From Propionibacteriales bacterium (GTDB lineage Bacteria; Actinomycetota; Actinomycetes; Propionibacteriales; Propionibacteriaceae), in the NCBI GenBank assembly GCA_038257965.1, contig JBBSQJ010000002.1:1188-65187 (forward strand): a DNA stretch of 64,000 nt. Reading direction: 5' to 3'. The translations under genes and the position numbers were made by a program. How positions within the stretch are numbered: the first letter of the stretch is position 1; each line of letters begins with the position of its first letter. The notes beneath the pieces are model-generated. The model did not search any database. It was not told where the DNA came from and saw only the letters and a program-made list of their open reading frames with translations. Positions 18,278 to 30,484 of this stretch are shown here, piece by piece.

Positions 18278-20758
18278 GTGGGAGACGGCACGGTCGAGAC
18301 GGACGGGACCAGCGTGGTCGGTCCCGCTCCGAGCGAGGAGTCTGCCCAGATCGGGTCGATCGACCCGCGAGACGAGTCGAACGAGCCGGAAGCCTACGAC
18401 GACCTGCCGGAGTTCAGTCAGGACGAGGCGTTGTTCGACGAGCCCGTGCAGCCAGCCGAGCGCGACCAGCCAGCCGAGCTCGACCAGCCAGCCGAGCCCG
18501 ACCAGCCAGCCGAGCTCGACCAGTCAGGTGAGCCCGACCAGCCCGTGGATGTTGTCGCCGACGGTGCGGCCTGGCCGCTGCCACCCCCGGACGAACTCGA
18601 TGCCCCGGTACTGCCGAGTCCTGTCGAGGCGGCCATCCCGACCCCGACCCGGACATCGCCACCGTCGGCCCCGCTGGCCCTCTATCGGCGCTACCGGCCG
18701 GACACCTTTGCCGACGTCATCGGTCAAGAGCACGTCACCGAGCCCCTGCAGCGCGCGCTGGTCAACAACCGGGTCAACCACGCCTATCTGTTTTCCGGCC
18801 CCCGAGGCTGCGGCAAGACCACGTCCGCGCGGATCCTCGCTCGTTGCCTGAACTGCGAGCTCGGCCCACGTGCCGAGCCGTGCGGGGAGTGTCAGTCCTG
18901 CCGCGATCTGGCCCGCGGCGGTCCCGGCAGCATCGACGTGATCGAGATCGACGCAGCCAGCCATGGCGGCGTGGACGACGCCCGCGACCTGCGCGAGCGG
19001 GCCTTCTTCGCACCCGTGAGCAGCCCCTACAAGATCTATGTGGTGGACGAGGCCCACATGGTCACCACGGCAGGCTTCAACGCCTTGCTGAAACTGGTCG
19101 AGGAACCGCCGCCGCACGTCAAGTTCATCTTCGCCACGACCGAGCCGGACAAGGTGATCGGGACGATCCGGTCGCGTACGCACCACTATCCGTTCCGCCT
19201 GGTCCCGCCGCGAGTCCTCGGCACCTACCTGGCCAAGCTCTGCGTCGCGGAAGGCATCTCGGTCGAGCCGGCGGTGTTGCCGCTCGTGGTCCGCGCCGGG
19301 GCGGGATCGGTTCGCGACTCGCTGTCCGTCCTCGACCAGCTGCTGGGCGGGGCCGGCGAGGAGGGCGTCAGTTATCCGCACGCGGCGGCGCTGTTGGGGT
19401 TCACCCCCGACTCGCTGCTCGACGAGTTCGTCGACGCCTTCGCGGCCGGGGACCCCGCAGGGGTGTTCGCGTGTGTCGACAAGGTGATCGAAGTCGGCCA
19501 GGATCCGCGACGGTTCGCCGAGGATCTGCTGCGCCGCCTGCGGGACCTGCTGGTGGTGGTCGCCGTCCCGGACGCGCTGACCTCGGGACTGGTGGAAGTC
19601 AGCGGGGACCAGGCGGAACGGCTCAGCTCCCAGGCGGCCGCCCTCGGGCCGGGCGAGCTGACGAGGGCCGCCGAGGTGATCGCCGAGGGGCTGACGGAGA
19701 TGCGGGGCACGACGGCACCCCGGCTGCATCTCGAGCTGATGTGCGCCCGGATCTTGCTGCCCGGGGCCGATGTGGACGGCCGTGGCATCCACGCCAGGTT
19801 GGAACGCCTCGAGCGTCGGGTCGGGATGAACGCAGGACTGTCCGATGCACTTGCGGACGCGCCGGCCGCCGCCCAACCCCGCGTCTCGCCTCACGTCGCG
19901 CCTCACGTCGCGCCTCATATCTCGACCCAGGTCTCGTCCGACACCTCGCCGGCCGCGATGAGCGAGCCCCTTGCGGTACCGCAGGACGTCGACCTGCGAT
20001 CGGCCCACCCGGACGATGACGACTGGCCGGAGCCCGCCCGACTCGGCACGTCAGCCGGGCCGGCGCCCGGATCGGGGGACATCGATCCCGGCTCGTCGGC
20101 CCGGTCATCGCTGTCGGTCACCGACGTACGACGGCTGTGGCCCGAAGTGCTCGAGGAGGTGAAGCGTCGCCGGCGCTTCACCTGGATCCTGCTGAGTCAG
20201 AACGCGCACGTCGCCGATGTCAGCGACGGCACGCTGCTGCTGGCGATGCCCAACGCGGGTGCCCGGGACAGCTTCGCCAAGGGTGGCAGCGAGGACATCC
20301 TGCGGGAGGCACTGATAACCGTCCTGGGCGTGGATCTCCGCGTCACGGGGATGGTCGACCCGAGCGCCACCGGCCCGTCTCGTGCGAACCCCGGGGCGCG
20401 ATCCTCTGGTCGGGCACCGTCGGCCGGTGCGGCGGCGACGTCGATCGACAGGTCGGGCTCCGTGGACCCACCGCCTGCTCCCCGTGATGAGCGGGACGAA
20501 CCGGACGAACCGCACTTCCCGGCCGCTGAAAGGCAAGCCAATCGCCTGGGGTCGGTCGATGAGGCCGTCCTCGAACAGGCCCGCCAGGCGATCCGTCCGA
20601 CCCGCGACGGACCTCGCGGGGCTGGGTCCGACGACGAGCGTGACGCTGCCGCCGATCGTGGCGACGAGAACCTCGACGAGTCCGACGAGTCCCAGACCGA
20701 GCTGCTCGCCCGGCAGCTGGGCGCCCAGATCATCGCCGAAGAGGAACACGGCACATAG
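18278..20758 (+). CDS. dnaX: DNA polymerase III subunit gamma/tau (start uncertain; acidic N-terminal extension)
   Basis: ALYRRYRP, GPRGCGKT, Cys Zn motif, EIDAAS, DEAHM, EEPP; synteny with ybaB-recR. Confidence 0.95.
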   Translation: MGDGTVETDGTSVVGPAPSEESAQIGSIDPRDESNEPEAYDDLPEFSQDEALFDEPVQPAERDQPAELDQPAEPDQPAELDQSGEPDQPVDVVADGAAWPLPPPDELDAPVLPSPVEAAIPTPTRTSPPSAPLALYRRYRPDTFADVIGQEHVTEPLQRALVNNRVNHAYLFSGPRGCGKTTSARILARCLNCELGPRAEPCGECQSCRDLARGGPGSIDVIEIDAASHGGVDDARDLRERAFFAPVSSPYKIYVVDEAHMVTTAGFNALLKLVEEPPPHVKFIFATTEPDKVIGTIRSRTHHYPFRLVPPRVLGTYLAKLCVAEGISVEPAVLPLVVRAGAGSVRDSLSVLDQLLGGAGEEGVSYPHAAALLGFTPDSLLDEFVDAFAAGDPAGVFACVDKVIEVGQDPRRFAEDLLRRLRDLLVVVAVPDALTSGLVEVSGDQAERLSSQAAALGPGELTRAAEVIAEGLTEMRGTTAPRLHLELMCARILLPGADVDGRGIHARLERLERRVGMNAGLSDALADAPAAAQPRVSPHVAPHVAPHISTQVSSDTSPAAMSEPLAVPQDVDLRSAHPDDDDWPEPARLGTSAGPAPGSGDIDPGSSARSSLSVTDVRRLWPEVLEEVKRRRRFTWILLSQNAHVADVSDGTLLLAMPNAGARDSFAKGGSEDILREALITVLGVDLRVTGMVDPSATGPSRANPGARSSGRAPSAGAAATSIDRSGSVDPPPAPRDERDEPDEPHFPAAERQANRLGSVDEAVLEQARQAIRPTRDGPRGAGSDDERDAAADRGDENLDESDESQTELLARQLGAQIIAEEEHGT
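18449..18543 (+). repeat. Five 18-bp coding tandem repeats (QPAExD) in the dnaX N-terminus
   Basis: cagccagccgagcNcgac x4 plus one degenerate copy. Confidence 0.9.
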
Positions 20759-20827
20759 GCTGTCCGGGACACGCCCGGCGTGCGGTCTTGCCGTTGATCG
20801 CATCGCACACAGGAAGAGGTTCTCGCG

Positions 20828-21151
20828 ATGTTCCCCGAAGGTGATATGTCCGCACTGCTGGCCCAGGCCCAGGCCATGCAGCAGCAGCTGCTCGACGCGC
20901 AGGAGGAGATGGCCAACTCCCGCTTCGACGGCACCGCCGGTGGCGACATGGTCACCGCGACCGTCAGCGGGTCGGGCGAGTTGATCTCCCTGGTGATCAA
21001 GCCGGAGGCCGTCGACCCCGACGACACCGAGACGCTGGCCGATCTCGTCCTGGCCGCCGTACGCGATGCCAACCACAAGGCCCAGACGATTGCCGCCAGC
21101 AAGCTCGGCCCGCTCACCGGCGGGCTCGGCGGCGGCGCGCTGCCGTTCTGA
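20828..21151 (+). CDS. ybaB: YbaB/EbfC nucleoid-associated protein
   Basis: [33 protein letters not shown]. Confidence 0.95.
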   Translation: MFPEGDMSALLAQAQAMQQQLLDAQEEMANSRFDGTAGGDMVTATVSGSGELISLVIKPEAVDPDDTETLADLVLAAVRDANHKAQTIAASKLGPLTGGLGGGALPF

Positions 21152-21178
21152 CCACCGGCGCGAAGCGAGGGAACAGCG

Positions 21179-21778
21179 GTGTATGAAGGGCCCATCCAGG
21201 ACCTGATCGACGAGCTGGGACAGCTGCCGGGCATCGGGCCGAAGAGCGCGCAGCGGATCGCGTTCCACATCCTGGCCGCCGATCCCGACGACATCCGCCG
21301 GCTCGCCGACGTGCTCCGGCTGGTCAAGGAGAAGGTCAGGTTCTGCGAGATCTGCTTCAACGTCTCCGAAGACGAGCAGTGCCGCGTCTGTCGCGATGCT
21401 CGGCGCGACGCCACCGTGATCTGTGTGGTCGAGGAGGCGAAGGATGTCGTCGCTGTCGAGCGGACGCGCGAGTTCCGCGGTCGATACCACGTGCTCGGCG
21501 GTGCGATTAGCCCGATCGACGGAATCGGACCGAACGAGCTCCGGATCCGTGAGTTGTGTCAGCGACTGGCCGACGGCACAGTGCTCGAGGTGATCCTCGC
21601 GACCGATCCGAACCTGGAAGGCGAGGCGACTGCCACGTACCTCAGCCGGCTGCTGATCCCGATGGGGGTCAAGGTCAGTCGGCTGGCCAGTGGGCTGCCG
21701 GTCGGTGGCGATCTGGAGTACGCCGACGAGGTCACCCTCGGTCGTGCGTTCGAGGGACGCCGGTACGTCGACGCTTGA
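21179..21778 (+). CDS. recR: Recombination mediator RecR
   Basis: [11 protein letters not shown] HhH, C4 zinc finger, toprim [15 protein letters not shown]. Confidence 0.97.
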   Translation: MYEGPIQDLIDELGQLPGIGPKSAQRIAFHILAADPDDIRRLADVLRLVKEKVRFCEICFNVSEDEQCRVCRDARRDATVICVVEEAKDVVAVERTREFRGRYHVLGGAISPIDGIGPNELRIRELCQRLADGTVLEVILATDPNLEGEATATYLSRLLIPMGVKVSRLASGLPVGGDLEYADEVTLGRAFEGRRYVDA

Positions 21779-21795
21779 GCACCGACACCCTGTGT

Positions 21796-21885
21796 CCCCG
21801 CCCTCTCGGAAACTGTGCGCTACTGACAACTTCCACCGGCGTGTCGCTGTCAGAGGCGCACACTTTCCGGGTTAGGGGGCGGGGG
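21796..21885. repeat. Long imperfect palindrome (REP-like or bidirectional terminator) between convergent genes
   Basis: ccccgcc..cggaaactgtgcgc..ctgaca / tgtcag..gcgcacactttccg..ggcgggg. Confidence 0.75.
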
Positions 21886-21893
21886 TGGGGGCG

Positions 21894-22895
21894 TCAGATC
21901 GCGGAGGGGTCCTCGTAGTGGAAGACCCCGAGCTGCTCGCAGGCGGCGTTGAGCAGGCGCTGGACGGTCAGGGTGTCGCGGAGCGGCATCACTGCGCTCT
22001 CGGTGGCTCCGGCGCGTACGCACTCGGTCACCTCGATCAGCTCGTGGGCGTAGCCGCCGCCGATCGGCTCACGCACGATCTCCTCAGGCTCCGAGCCCGG
22101 GCGGTGGAGCACGATCCGCTTGGGGTGGTGAAACCGTGGCGGGATGTCGATCCACCCGCGCGTGCCCTGGATGCGGGCCGCACCGGGTGTCGCGCCGCGC
22201 AGTGAGATCAGCAGGCCGGCGGCCTTCCCGTCGTCGTAGGACAGCAGCAGCCCCGCCTCAGCGTCCACCCCGGTCGGAGCCAGCGAACCGCCGGCGTCCA
22301 CCCGGGACGGGTTGCCGAGAAAGTGCTGGGCCAACGAGACGACGTACACCCCGAGGTCGAGCATCGCCCCGCCGCCCTGCGCCGGGTCGAACAGGCGGTC
22401 TGTCGGATCGTACGGTCGGTCCACGCCGAGATCGGCCTGCACCTGGCGGACGTCCCCGATGGCACCGTCGGCGATCAGTTCGCGGGCGGCGACGATCGCG
22501 GGCTGGAAGCGGGTCCACATCGCCTCCATCACGAACACCCCGTGCGCCGCCGCCGCAGCCGCGATCTGCTCGGCACCGGCGACGGTGGCCGTGAACGTCT
22601 TCTCGATCAGCACTGCCTTACCGGCATCGATCGCCGCCAGGGCGATCGCGTGGTGCTGAGGATGCGGCGTCGCGATGTAGAGGGCGTCTATGTCTGGGTC
22701 GGCGATGATCTCTCGATAGGACCCGTAGGAACGGGCCAGTCCATGCTCAGCGGCGAATGTCGCCGCGCGCACGGACGAGCGTGAGGCGCACGCCGTCGCG
22801 GCCGCGTTCGGGGTCACCGCGAAGTCCTTGACGACCTGCGAAGCGATGCGACCCGGTCCGACGATCCCCCAGCGAATGCCGCGTTCGAAACTCAT
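21894..22895 (-). CDS. Gfo/Idh/MocA oxidoreductase
   Basis: RWGIVGPGRIA, YIATPH, VLIEK, MEAMWTRF, GGGAMLDLGVY. Confidence 0.92.
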   Translation of the reverse strand: MSFERGIRWGIVGPGRIASQVVKDFAVTPNAAATACASRSSVRAATFAAEHGLARSYGSYREIIADPDIDALYIATPHPQHHAIALAAIDAGKAVLIEKTFTATVAGAEQIAAAAAAHGVFVMEAMWTRFQPAIVAARELIADGAIGDVRQVQADLGVDRPYDPTDRLFDPAQGGGAMLDLGVYVVSLAQHFLGNPSRVDAGGSLAPTGVDAEAGLLLSYDDGKAAGLLISLRGATPGAARIQGTRGWIDIPPRFHHPKRIVLHRPGSEPEEIVREPIGGGYAHELIEVTECVRAGATESAVMPLRDTLTVQRLLNAACEQLGVFHYEDPSAI

Positions 22896-22915
22896 CCGGT
22901 CAGCCTAGGGGGCGC

Positions 22916-23425
22916 TCATCCTCCGCCGCCCCGATCCGGGCCACGTTCGTTCTCGTCGTGGCGCTTCTTGCCCACGTAGGAGGAGAAGATGATCGGGATG
23001 AAGATCAGCCACCAGAAGTTCCAGCTCGTCGCGAACAGAACGAGGAGGGTGACCGGCCAGATCACCCACGCGATGGTGTCGAGAACCCGGCTGGCCGGGG
23101 TCGCCTTGACCACCTGGTTTGCGGGCGCGGGCTGCGCGAGCGCGGAGCCGGGCGGCTCCTGGTCGCCAGGCTGTGAACCCTGCCAGGGCGGTGCCTGGAA
23201 GCCGGCCGCCGGCGCCAACTCCTGACCGGGCTTGGGCCCGGGTAGGTCGGCGAACAGCGGCTCGAGATCGGACATGGTCTTCGCTCGCAGCGCCTGGTCG
23301 AGCCGTTCGTCGAACTCCGGCGGCTCCAACCGACCCTGGGCCAGAGCCTCCCGGAGGTACGTCGTCGCCTGGTCGCGCTCGGCGTCGCCGATACGCTGCC
23401 GCATCGGGTCGGGTGCTTCACTCAC
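22916..23425 (-). CDS. DUF1707 (SHOCT-like) membrane protein
   Basis: RIGDAERD...GRL...EFDERL...LFADLP plus C-terminal TMs. Confidence 0.88.
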   Translation of the reverse strand: MSEAPDPMRQRIGDAERDQATTYLREALAQGRLEPPEFDERLDQALRAKTMSDLEPLFADLPGPKPGQELAPAAGFQAPPWQGSQPGDQEPPGSALAQPAPANQVVKATPASRVLDTIAWVIWPVTLLVLFATSWNFWWLIFIPIIFSSYVGKKRHDENERGPDRGGGG

Positions 23426-23544
23426 ACAGGCAAGTATTTCACTCGATGAGGCCGGGCCGGGCCGCACCGTGTGCGGCACTACAGTTGGCGGCGGCCGATC
23501 ACAGGGTCGGCGCATTGCCCCGCGGGTCGTCAGGAGGGTACGTC

Positions 23545-24837
23545 GTGGGCCGGGAGTTGCCGGAGGCGTCATCTGGGCGGGTGGTGCAGAAGTACGGAGG
23601 TTCCTCCGTCGCCGACGCCGAGAGCATCAAGCGCGTCGCCCGCCGGATCGTGGCCACCAAGCAGGAGGGCAAGGACGTCGTCGTCGTCATCTCGGCGATG
23701 GGTGACACCACCGACGATCTGATGGATCTGGCCCTGCGGGTGTCTCCGCTGCCGGCCCCCCGCGAACTGGACATGCTGCTCACCACCGGCGAGCGGATGA
23801 GTGCGGCCTTGCTGGCCATGGCGATCCACGATCTCGGGCTGACCGCGCGCTCGTTGACCGGATCCCAGGCCGGCATCATCACCACCGAAACCCACGGCAA
23901 CGCGCGGATCATCGACATCACACCCGGCCGGATCACCAGCGCGCTCGATGGCGGCGACATCGTGATCGTGGCCGGATTCCAAGGTGTCGCACAAGACACC
24001 AAGGACGTGACCACGCTCGGCCGCGGTGCCTCGGACACCACTGCGGTCGCGCTGGCAGCGTCACTGGGAGCCGACTACTGCGAGATCTACACAGACGTCG
24101 ACGGCGTGTTCACCGCCGACCCGCGGATCGTGCCGAGCGCGCGCCGGATCCCACAGATCTCGTACGAGGAAATGCTCGAGATGGCGGCCTGCGGGGCCAA
24201 GATCCTGCACCTGCGCTGTGTGGAGTATGCACGGCGTGAGTCGGTGCGCGTTCACGTTCGTTCGTCGTTCTCGGACAAGCACGGCACATGGGTGCAGGAG
24301 CTGGAGAAAGGATCACCGATGGAGCAGGCCATCATCTCCGGGGTCGCGCATGACCGCAGCGAGGCCAAGATCACCATCGTCGGGGTGCCCGACCGGGTCG
24401 GCGAGGCGGCCCGGATCTTCGAGGCCGTCGCCGCGACGGAGATCAACATCGACATGATCGTGCAGAACGTGTCGGCGGTCGAGACGGGCCGGACCGACAT
24501 CTCCTTCACCTTGCCCAAGACCGACGGGCAGGCGGCGATGCGGACACTGGACTCGCTGAAGGAGAGCGTCGGCTTCGCCGACGTGCTCTACGACGACCAG
24601 ATCGGCAAGGTTTCGGTGATCGGCGTCGGCATGCGCTCACACCCGGGAGTGACGGCAAAGTTCTTTTCCTCCCTCGCCGCGGCCGGGGTCAACATCGAGA
24701 TGATCTCGACGTCGGAGATCCGTATCTCGGTCGTCGTCGACCAAGACGATGTCGACCGTGCGGTGGCTGCCGCGCACACCGCCTTCGGGCTGGACGCCAC
24801 CGACGAAGCGGTCGTCTACGCCGGCACGGGTCGCTAG
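23545..24837 (+). CDS. ask: Aspartate kinase (alpha subunit)
   Basis: [32 protein letters not shown], two ACT domains; AGGAGG before GTG 23545. Confidence 0.96.
   Translation: MGRELPEASSGRVVQKYGGSSVADAESIKRVARRIVATKQEGKDVVVVISAMGDTTDDLMDLALRVSPLPAPRELDMLLTTGERMSAALLAMAIHDLGLTARSLTGSQAGIITTETHGNARIIDITPGRITSALDGGDIVIVAGFQGVAQDTKDVTTLGRGASDTTAVALAASLGADYCEIYTDVDGVFTADPRIVPSARRIPQISYEEMLEMAACGAKILHLRCVEYARRESVRVHVRSSFSDKHGTWVQELEKGSPMEQAIISGVAHDRSEAKITIVGVPDRVGEAARIFEAVAATEINIDMIVQNVSAVETGRTDISFTLPKTDGQAAMRTLDSLKESVGFADVLYDDQIGKVSVIGVGMRSHPGVTAKFFSSLAAAGVNIEMISTSEIRISVVVDQDDVDRAVAAAHTAFGLDATDEAVVYAGTGR
24319..24837 (+). CDS. Aspartate kinase beta subunit (nested in-frame start)
   Basis: GAAAGGA RBS before internal [11 protein letters not shown]; alpha/beta arrangement is established in actinobacteria. 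Confidence 0.75.
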   Translation: MEQAIISGVAHDRSEAKITIVGVPDRVGEAARIFEAVAATEINIDMIVQNVSAVETGRTDISFTLPKTDGQAAMRTLDSLKESVGFADVLYDDQIGKVSVIGVGMRSHPGVTAKFFSSLAAAGVNIEMISTSEIRISVVVDQDDVDRAVAAAHTAFGLDATDEAVVYAGTGR

Positions 24838-24872
24838 AGGGCTGGCTCGAGAACGCAACAGCGACCCCGGTA

Positions 24873-25610
24873 TCACGCGTCTGCGGTGCCACGAGCCAGG
24901 TAGACGGTGTTCGTCGCCTCGCGTTGTTGGAGCGGGTTGGGGAAGGCGACAACCTCGGCGGCCACCGTCGTGAACACCGCGCCCAGGACGTCCAGGAAGT
25001 CCTCGTCGGGCGGATCGTTGGACCAGAGACCGAAGACGCCACCCGGAGTCAGCCGTGCGGCCAACCGACCGACACCGACCACGGTGTAGAAGCCGGCATT
25101 GCCGGCGCCGAGCTGGTGGCGCGGCGAGTGGTCGATGTCGACCAGCACCGCATCGAACCGGCGGCCCGGGGTGTCGGGGTCGAAGCCCGCTTCTTGGACC
25201 ATGGTGAAGAAGTCGCCGAGCTCCAGTCGGCACCGTGGGTCGGTGGTCAGCGCCCGACCGAGGGGGACGAGCCGGCGCCGGTGCCAGCTGATCACCGGCG
25301 CGAGGGCTTCCACCACGACCAGCTGGCGGACCCGGTCGTCTGCCAGCACCGCGTCGGCCGTGTAGCCCAGACCGAGACCGCCGACCACCACATCCCATCC
25401 GGTGGTCGGTGTCGCGCGACGCCCGAGCCAGCCAAGGGCCAGGTCGGCCAGGGCGAGCTCGGCAACGGTGAACAGGCTGGACATCAGGAACTGGTCGCCG
25501 AGTTTGACCTCGAAGATGTCCACCCAGGTGACCGGATCCTGGCGGCGCCGCAGACTCACGTCACCGATCGCGGTCGGCTCCCAGGCGAGCTCCTCGAACC
25601 GTCTGCTCAC
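24873..25610 (-). CDS. Spermidine synthase-like SAM-binding protein
   Basis: LMSS, VGGLGLGYT, VLVDIDHSP, PGGVFGLWS. Confidence 0.85.
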   Translation of the reverse strand: MSRRFEELAWEPTAIGDVSLRRRQDPVTWVDIFEVKLGDQFLMSSLFTVAELALADLALGWLGRRATPTTGWDVVVGGLGLGYTADAVLADDRVRQLVVVEALAPVISWHRRRLVPLGRALTTDPRCRLELGDFFTMVQEAGFDPDTPGRRFDAVLVDIDHSPRHQLGAGNAGFYTVVGVGRLAARLTPGGVFGLWSNDPPDEDFLDVLGAVFTTVAAEVVAFPNPLQQREATNTVYLARGTADA

Positions 25611-26041
25611 CCGGTTGCCCGCTGGCTGGCCTTTCCCTGCTGCAGGACCCGGATGGAGTTGCCGAAGGGATCTCGCAGGCCCATGTCGGTGCCGTAGAAG
25701 TGATCGGTGGGCTCCTGGGTGAAGTCGGTGACGTCGCGCTCGCGCAGCGTGTCGTAGAGAGCGCGAACGTCGTTGCTGATGAACACGAGGCCGCCCAGGG
25801 CGCCCTTGGTGATCAGCTCACGGAGTGCCTCGGCCGTCGCGTCGTCGTGTAGCGGAGGACCGGGCTGCTCGAGCGAGATCTCGGTCGACTGATCGCCGCA
25901 GGCGCGCACGGTCAGCCAGCGGTAGTCGCCCTGCTGTACGTCTTTTCCCTTCTCGAGCCCGAGCTTGTTGACGTAGAAGTCGAGCGCTTCCTCCTTGTCG
26001 AGGACATAGATCGTCGTGACGTTCAGCTCGGTGATCATCAT
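25607..26041 (-). CDS. VOC/glyoxalase family protein
   Basis: ALDFY..KLG, YRWLTV, RDPFGN; AGGAG RBS. Confidence 0.9.
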   Translation of the reverse strand: MMITELNVTTIYVLDKEEALDFYVNKLGLEKGKDVQQGDYRWLTVRACGDQSTEISLEQPGPPLHDDATAEALRELITKGALGGLVFISNDVRALYDTLRERDVTDFTQEPTDHFYGTDMGLRDPFGNSIRVLQQGKASQRATG

Positions 26042-26116
26042 TTCTCCTGTTCCGTTCCGGTGATACCGGCCCGATCCTATGGGGGCCGCCATCGAGACGG
26101 CTTCTTCAAAACTGCT

Positions 26117-26530
26117 CTATGGAGCCGGCCGCTCAGCACTGTGCCGAGGTCGCATCGAGGCGAGCTGGACGCACTGCGGTGCCGCCATGGGGCCGTGTCT
26201 CGCCCGATAGGCGCTCGGCGTCTCGCCCACGATCTCGCGGAAGGTTCGGCTGAACGTCCCCAGGCTGGTGAAGCCGACATCGAAGCACACGTCGGTGACG
26301 GTGCGGTCGGTCTCCCGCAGCAGAAACATCGAACGTTCCACCCGGCGCCGCTGCAAGTATCGATGAGGGGTCTCGCCGAAGACGGAGCGGAAGCTGCGGC
26401 TGAAGTGGGCCGGGGAGATGTGGGCCACGGCCGCAACAGCGGGCACGTCGAGGTGATCCGCGTACGCACGGTCCATGGCATCCCGGGCACGCAACAGGCG
26501 ACGGTTCAGATCTACGGTTTCGCGGCTCAC
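26117..26530 (-). CDS. AraC-family HTH regulator
   Basis: HFSRSFR..FGETP, VGFTSLGTFSR.F. Confidence 0.92.
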   Translation of the reverse strand: MSRETVDLNRRLLRARDAMDRAYADHLDVPAVAAVAHISPAHFSRSFRSVFGETPHRYLQRRRVERSMFLLRETDRTVTDVCFDVGFTSLGTFSRTFREIVGETPSAYRARHGPMAAPQCVQLASMRPRHSAERPAP

Positions 26531-26607
26531 GCTACCAACGCTAGAGGTGCGTTTGCGTCGCCATCACCTTGGCCAGCGTCCCGTCGGTCGCCCTCGGCTC
26601 GGCCACC

Positions 26608-27264
26608 TCAGGTCCCCGGCTGCTCGCCGAGGTAGAAGGCGGTGGTGCGATTCGCCGCGGCAATGGCGTCTTGCTCCGGTGTCCCGGCGAGTACCGATGC
26701 CTGGCCCCAGCGCTCGCTCACGGCACGGATGAACTGCCGGGCAGGCACTGTCCGGGCGAAGGCGTCAGGATCGTCCGGACGGTCCTGCCCGGTGACCAGG
26801 TGCATCGACAGGCCCAGCAGTGCTAGATCCCAGCCCACTCCTGTTGCTCCCGGCCCGAACTGGGTCCAGAACTCGGAGTCGGCGTCGCCGGTGTGTTGGT
26901 GCTCGAGGATGAGCCGTGCACCGCCCTCCTCTTGGGTGATGCGTACCGCGACCCGGGTGGAAGCACCCGCCATCTCCCACGTCACAGTGAAGGACCGCGG
27001 TGGCTCGCAGGCGATCACCTCTCCGGAGGCGTTCCCTTCGATCTGGTAGCGGCCCCCGAGCCGCAGGTCTCCGCTGACCGGCGCGAACCAGCGCTCGAGC
27101 CGGTCGGGCTGGGTGCACGCCTGCCACAAGTCGTCCACGGTGGTCGGATAGGTCTGGCTGATGGTCTGAACCGTGTGTTGGGTTCTCCCGTCTGTCTCGA
27201 CGGTGAGTTCGCGGCGCACCGTTGCCGGCTGTGCGGCGATGATCTGGTCGGGTGTCTGGGTCAT
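26608..27264 (-). CDS. SRPBCC/Aha1-like domain protein
   Basis: LW.ACT.PDRL.RWF.PV.GDLR.GGRYQ.EGNA, PGATGVGWD. Confidence 0.9.
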   Translation of the reverse strand: MTQTPDQIIAAQPATVRRELTVETDGRTQHTVQTISQTYPTTVDDLWQACTQPDRLERWFAPVSGDLRLGGRYQIEGNASGEVIACEPPRSFTVTWEMAGASTRVAVRITQEEGGARLILEHQHTGDADSEFWTQFGPGATGVGWDLALLGLSMHLVTGQDRPDDPDAFARTVPARQFIRAVSERWGQASVLAGTPEQDAIAAANRTTAFYLGEQPGT

Positions 27265-27632
27265 GGCTGCTCCTCGTTGTCGGTCGACGCCGTTGTTGTA
27301 TCGGCGTCTCGTCGGGTCTTCTTGCCGCGGGCGATCTCGGTCGCGAGCGCATCCAGGCGTGGCGCCCAGAACCGCCGGAATGGATCCAGCCACTCGTCGA
27401 CGTCGCGTAGTGGCGCCGGGTCCAGGGAGTAGACCCGACGGCTGCCTTCGGCCCGGACGCCGGCAAATCCGGACTCCCGGAGCACCTTCAGGTGCTGGGA
27501 CACCGCGGGCTGGCTGATCCCGAACTCCTCACCGACCACCCGCACGACGTCGCCGGCTGCCATCTCGCCGCCGGCCAGCAGTTGAAGGATGCGCCTTCGG
27601 ATGGGGTCACCGAGGACATCGAACGCATGCAT
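27261..27632 (-). CDS. ArsR/SmtB-family regulator
   Basis: LGDPIRRRIL, ISQPAVSQHLKVLRE; overlaps the SRPBCC start. Confidence 0.92.
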   Translation of the reverse strand: MHAFDVLGDPIRRRILQLLAGGEMAAGDVVRVVGEEFGISQPAVSQHLKVLRESGFAGVRAEGSRRVYSLDPAPLRDVDEWLDPFRRFWAPRLDALATEIARGKKTRRDADTTTASTDNEEQP

Positions 27633-27656
27633 GCGTACAGAATAAGGGAGAACTGA

Positions 27657-27675
27657 TATAAGTCAAGGACGATAT
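27657..27675. promoter_or_regulatory. Possible ArsR operator
   Basis: Imperfect palindrome TATAAGTC-aag-GACGATA just upstream of the ArsR start. Confidence 0.45.
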
Positions 27676-27710
27676 TGTGGTGCCGGCCTGCAGCAGTCAG
27701 AGCCGGCGGC

Positions 27711-28226
27711 TCAGCCGGCGGAGGGGGCGAGCACCTGGGCCGCGATCTCGTCGGCCCAACGAGCGATCTGCTCCCAGTCTCGGTAATCCCCGGCCATGTC
27801 GCTGTTGGCGACCCACTTGGCGATCGGTGTCGTGGCGCGAGCAGGGTCGAGATTTCCGCCGAACACCTTGATCGGCGGGCTGCCGATCTGACCGGCGAGC
27901 TTGATCACCGAGGACGGGCTTTCGTGACGGCGATCGGCGACGTCGCCGGTGGGACCGCTCTCGAACAGCCAGGTGGGACGGTCGGTCAAGGCGGCGCGAT
28001 GCTCGCGGAGGAAACGACGCGCAGACTTCATCCAGCGGGTCGCATAGACAGCGCTACCGATCACCACCGCGTCGAACTCGCCCGGATCGGGAGCGGTAGC
28101 ACACGAACCGATCGCCACCTCCAACCCGTGGGTTCGGAGCTGGTCGGCGATCGCTTCGGCGATCTCGGCCGTCGATCCCATCCGGGAGGCGTATCCGACC
28201 AGGACCCTGCTTGCGGGGGAGCTCAT
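27711..28226 (-). CDS. Flavodoxin-domain protein (HemG-like)
   Basis: VGYASRMGST.EIA, VVIGSAVY, WLF.SGP, GDYRDW. Confidence 0.88.
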   Translation of the reverse strand: MSSPASRVLVGYASRMGSTAEIAEAIADQLRTHGLEVAIGSCATAPDPGEFDAVVIGSAVYATRWMKSARRFLREHRAALTDRPTWLFESGPTGDVADRRHESPSSVIKLAGQIGSPPIKVFGGNLDPARATTPIAKWVANSDMAGDYRDWEQIARWADEIAAQVLAPSAG

Positions 28227-28252
28227 CGCCGCACGATAGACCGTCGACGCAT

Positions 28253-28693
28253 TCAGTGCCCACTCGGCAGCAACTGTCGTCCGCTGAGCTGGAGCACCGG
28301 CACCTTGACGAACAGGATGCGCGGTCCGTCCGCCCACGGCTCGGGGAGGTGTCCGAATCGCAGTCGCTGGAAGTCGGCCTCGGTGAGCAGTTGGGCGACC
28401 CCGACCGCGAGCACGCTCCAGCCGGACTCGAAGAACTCGTCGATATCGTCGACCTCGAACGCGCAGGTCGAGTCCAGCGCATATCGGGCGACCTCGCCGT
28501 CGGGCACTGTGCGGAAGATGATCCCGTCCTCGGTGAGAATGTGGTTCACCGGGATCACCCGCGGACCGTCGGTGGTGGCGTATGCCAGTCGTCCGACGCG
28601 CTTGGCGGCCAGCGCCTCCAGGCACTCCTGGCGCGTCAACTCGGCAAGCCGTCCGCTGCCTGCCGCAGTCCAGAATGCTTCGCTCATGCTCAT
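28253..28693 (-). CDS. Pyridoxamine 5'-phosphate oxidase-like protein
   Basis: ECL..L...VGRLA, PVNH, IIFRT, FEVD..D...GWSVL. Confidence 0.88.
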   Translation of the reverse strand: MSMSEAFWTAAGSGRLAELTRQECLEALAAKRVGRLAYATTDGPRVIPVNHILTEDGIIFRTVPDGEVARYALDSTCAFEVDDIDEFFESGWSVLAVGVAQLLTEADFQRLRFGHLPEPWADGPRILFVKVPVLQLSGRQLLPSGH

Positions 28694-28753
28694 GGCTGTG
28701 ACCTCCCTCGAACGTGCGGTGATGTTCAAGGTTTGCAGCCGGGGAACGGTACG

Positions 28754-28795
28754 GGGCAGAGTCGCCCGTCCCCGACGGGTCGTGACCTTGGTCCC
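28754..28795. promoter_or_regulatory. DosR-box-like sites
   Basis: GTGACCTTGGTCCC (28782) and weaker GGGCAGAGTCGCCC (28754). Confidence 0.6.
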
Positions 28796-28813
28796 GGGCA
28801 AGCCAGCGCTCAC

Positions 28814-30472
<1,659 letters not shown>

Positions 30473-30484
30473 TTAGTCAGCGTC

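Noticed and set aside
18278-20758. Programmed frameshift in dnaX generating gamma
   Set aside because: No A-rich slippery sequence is visible.
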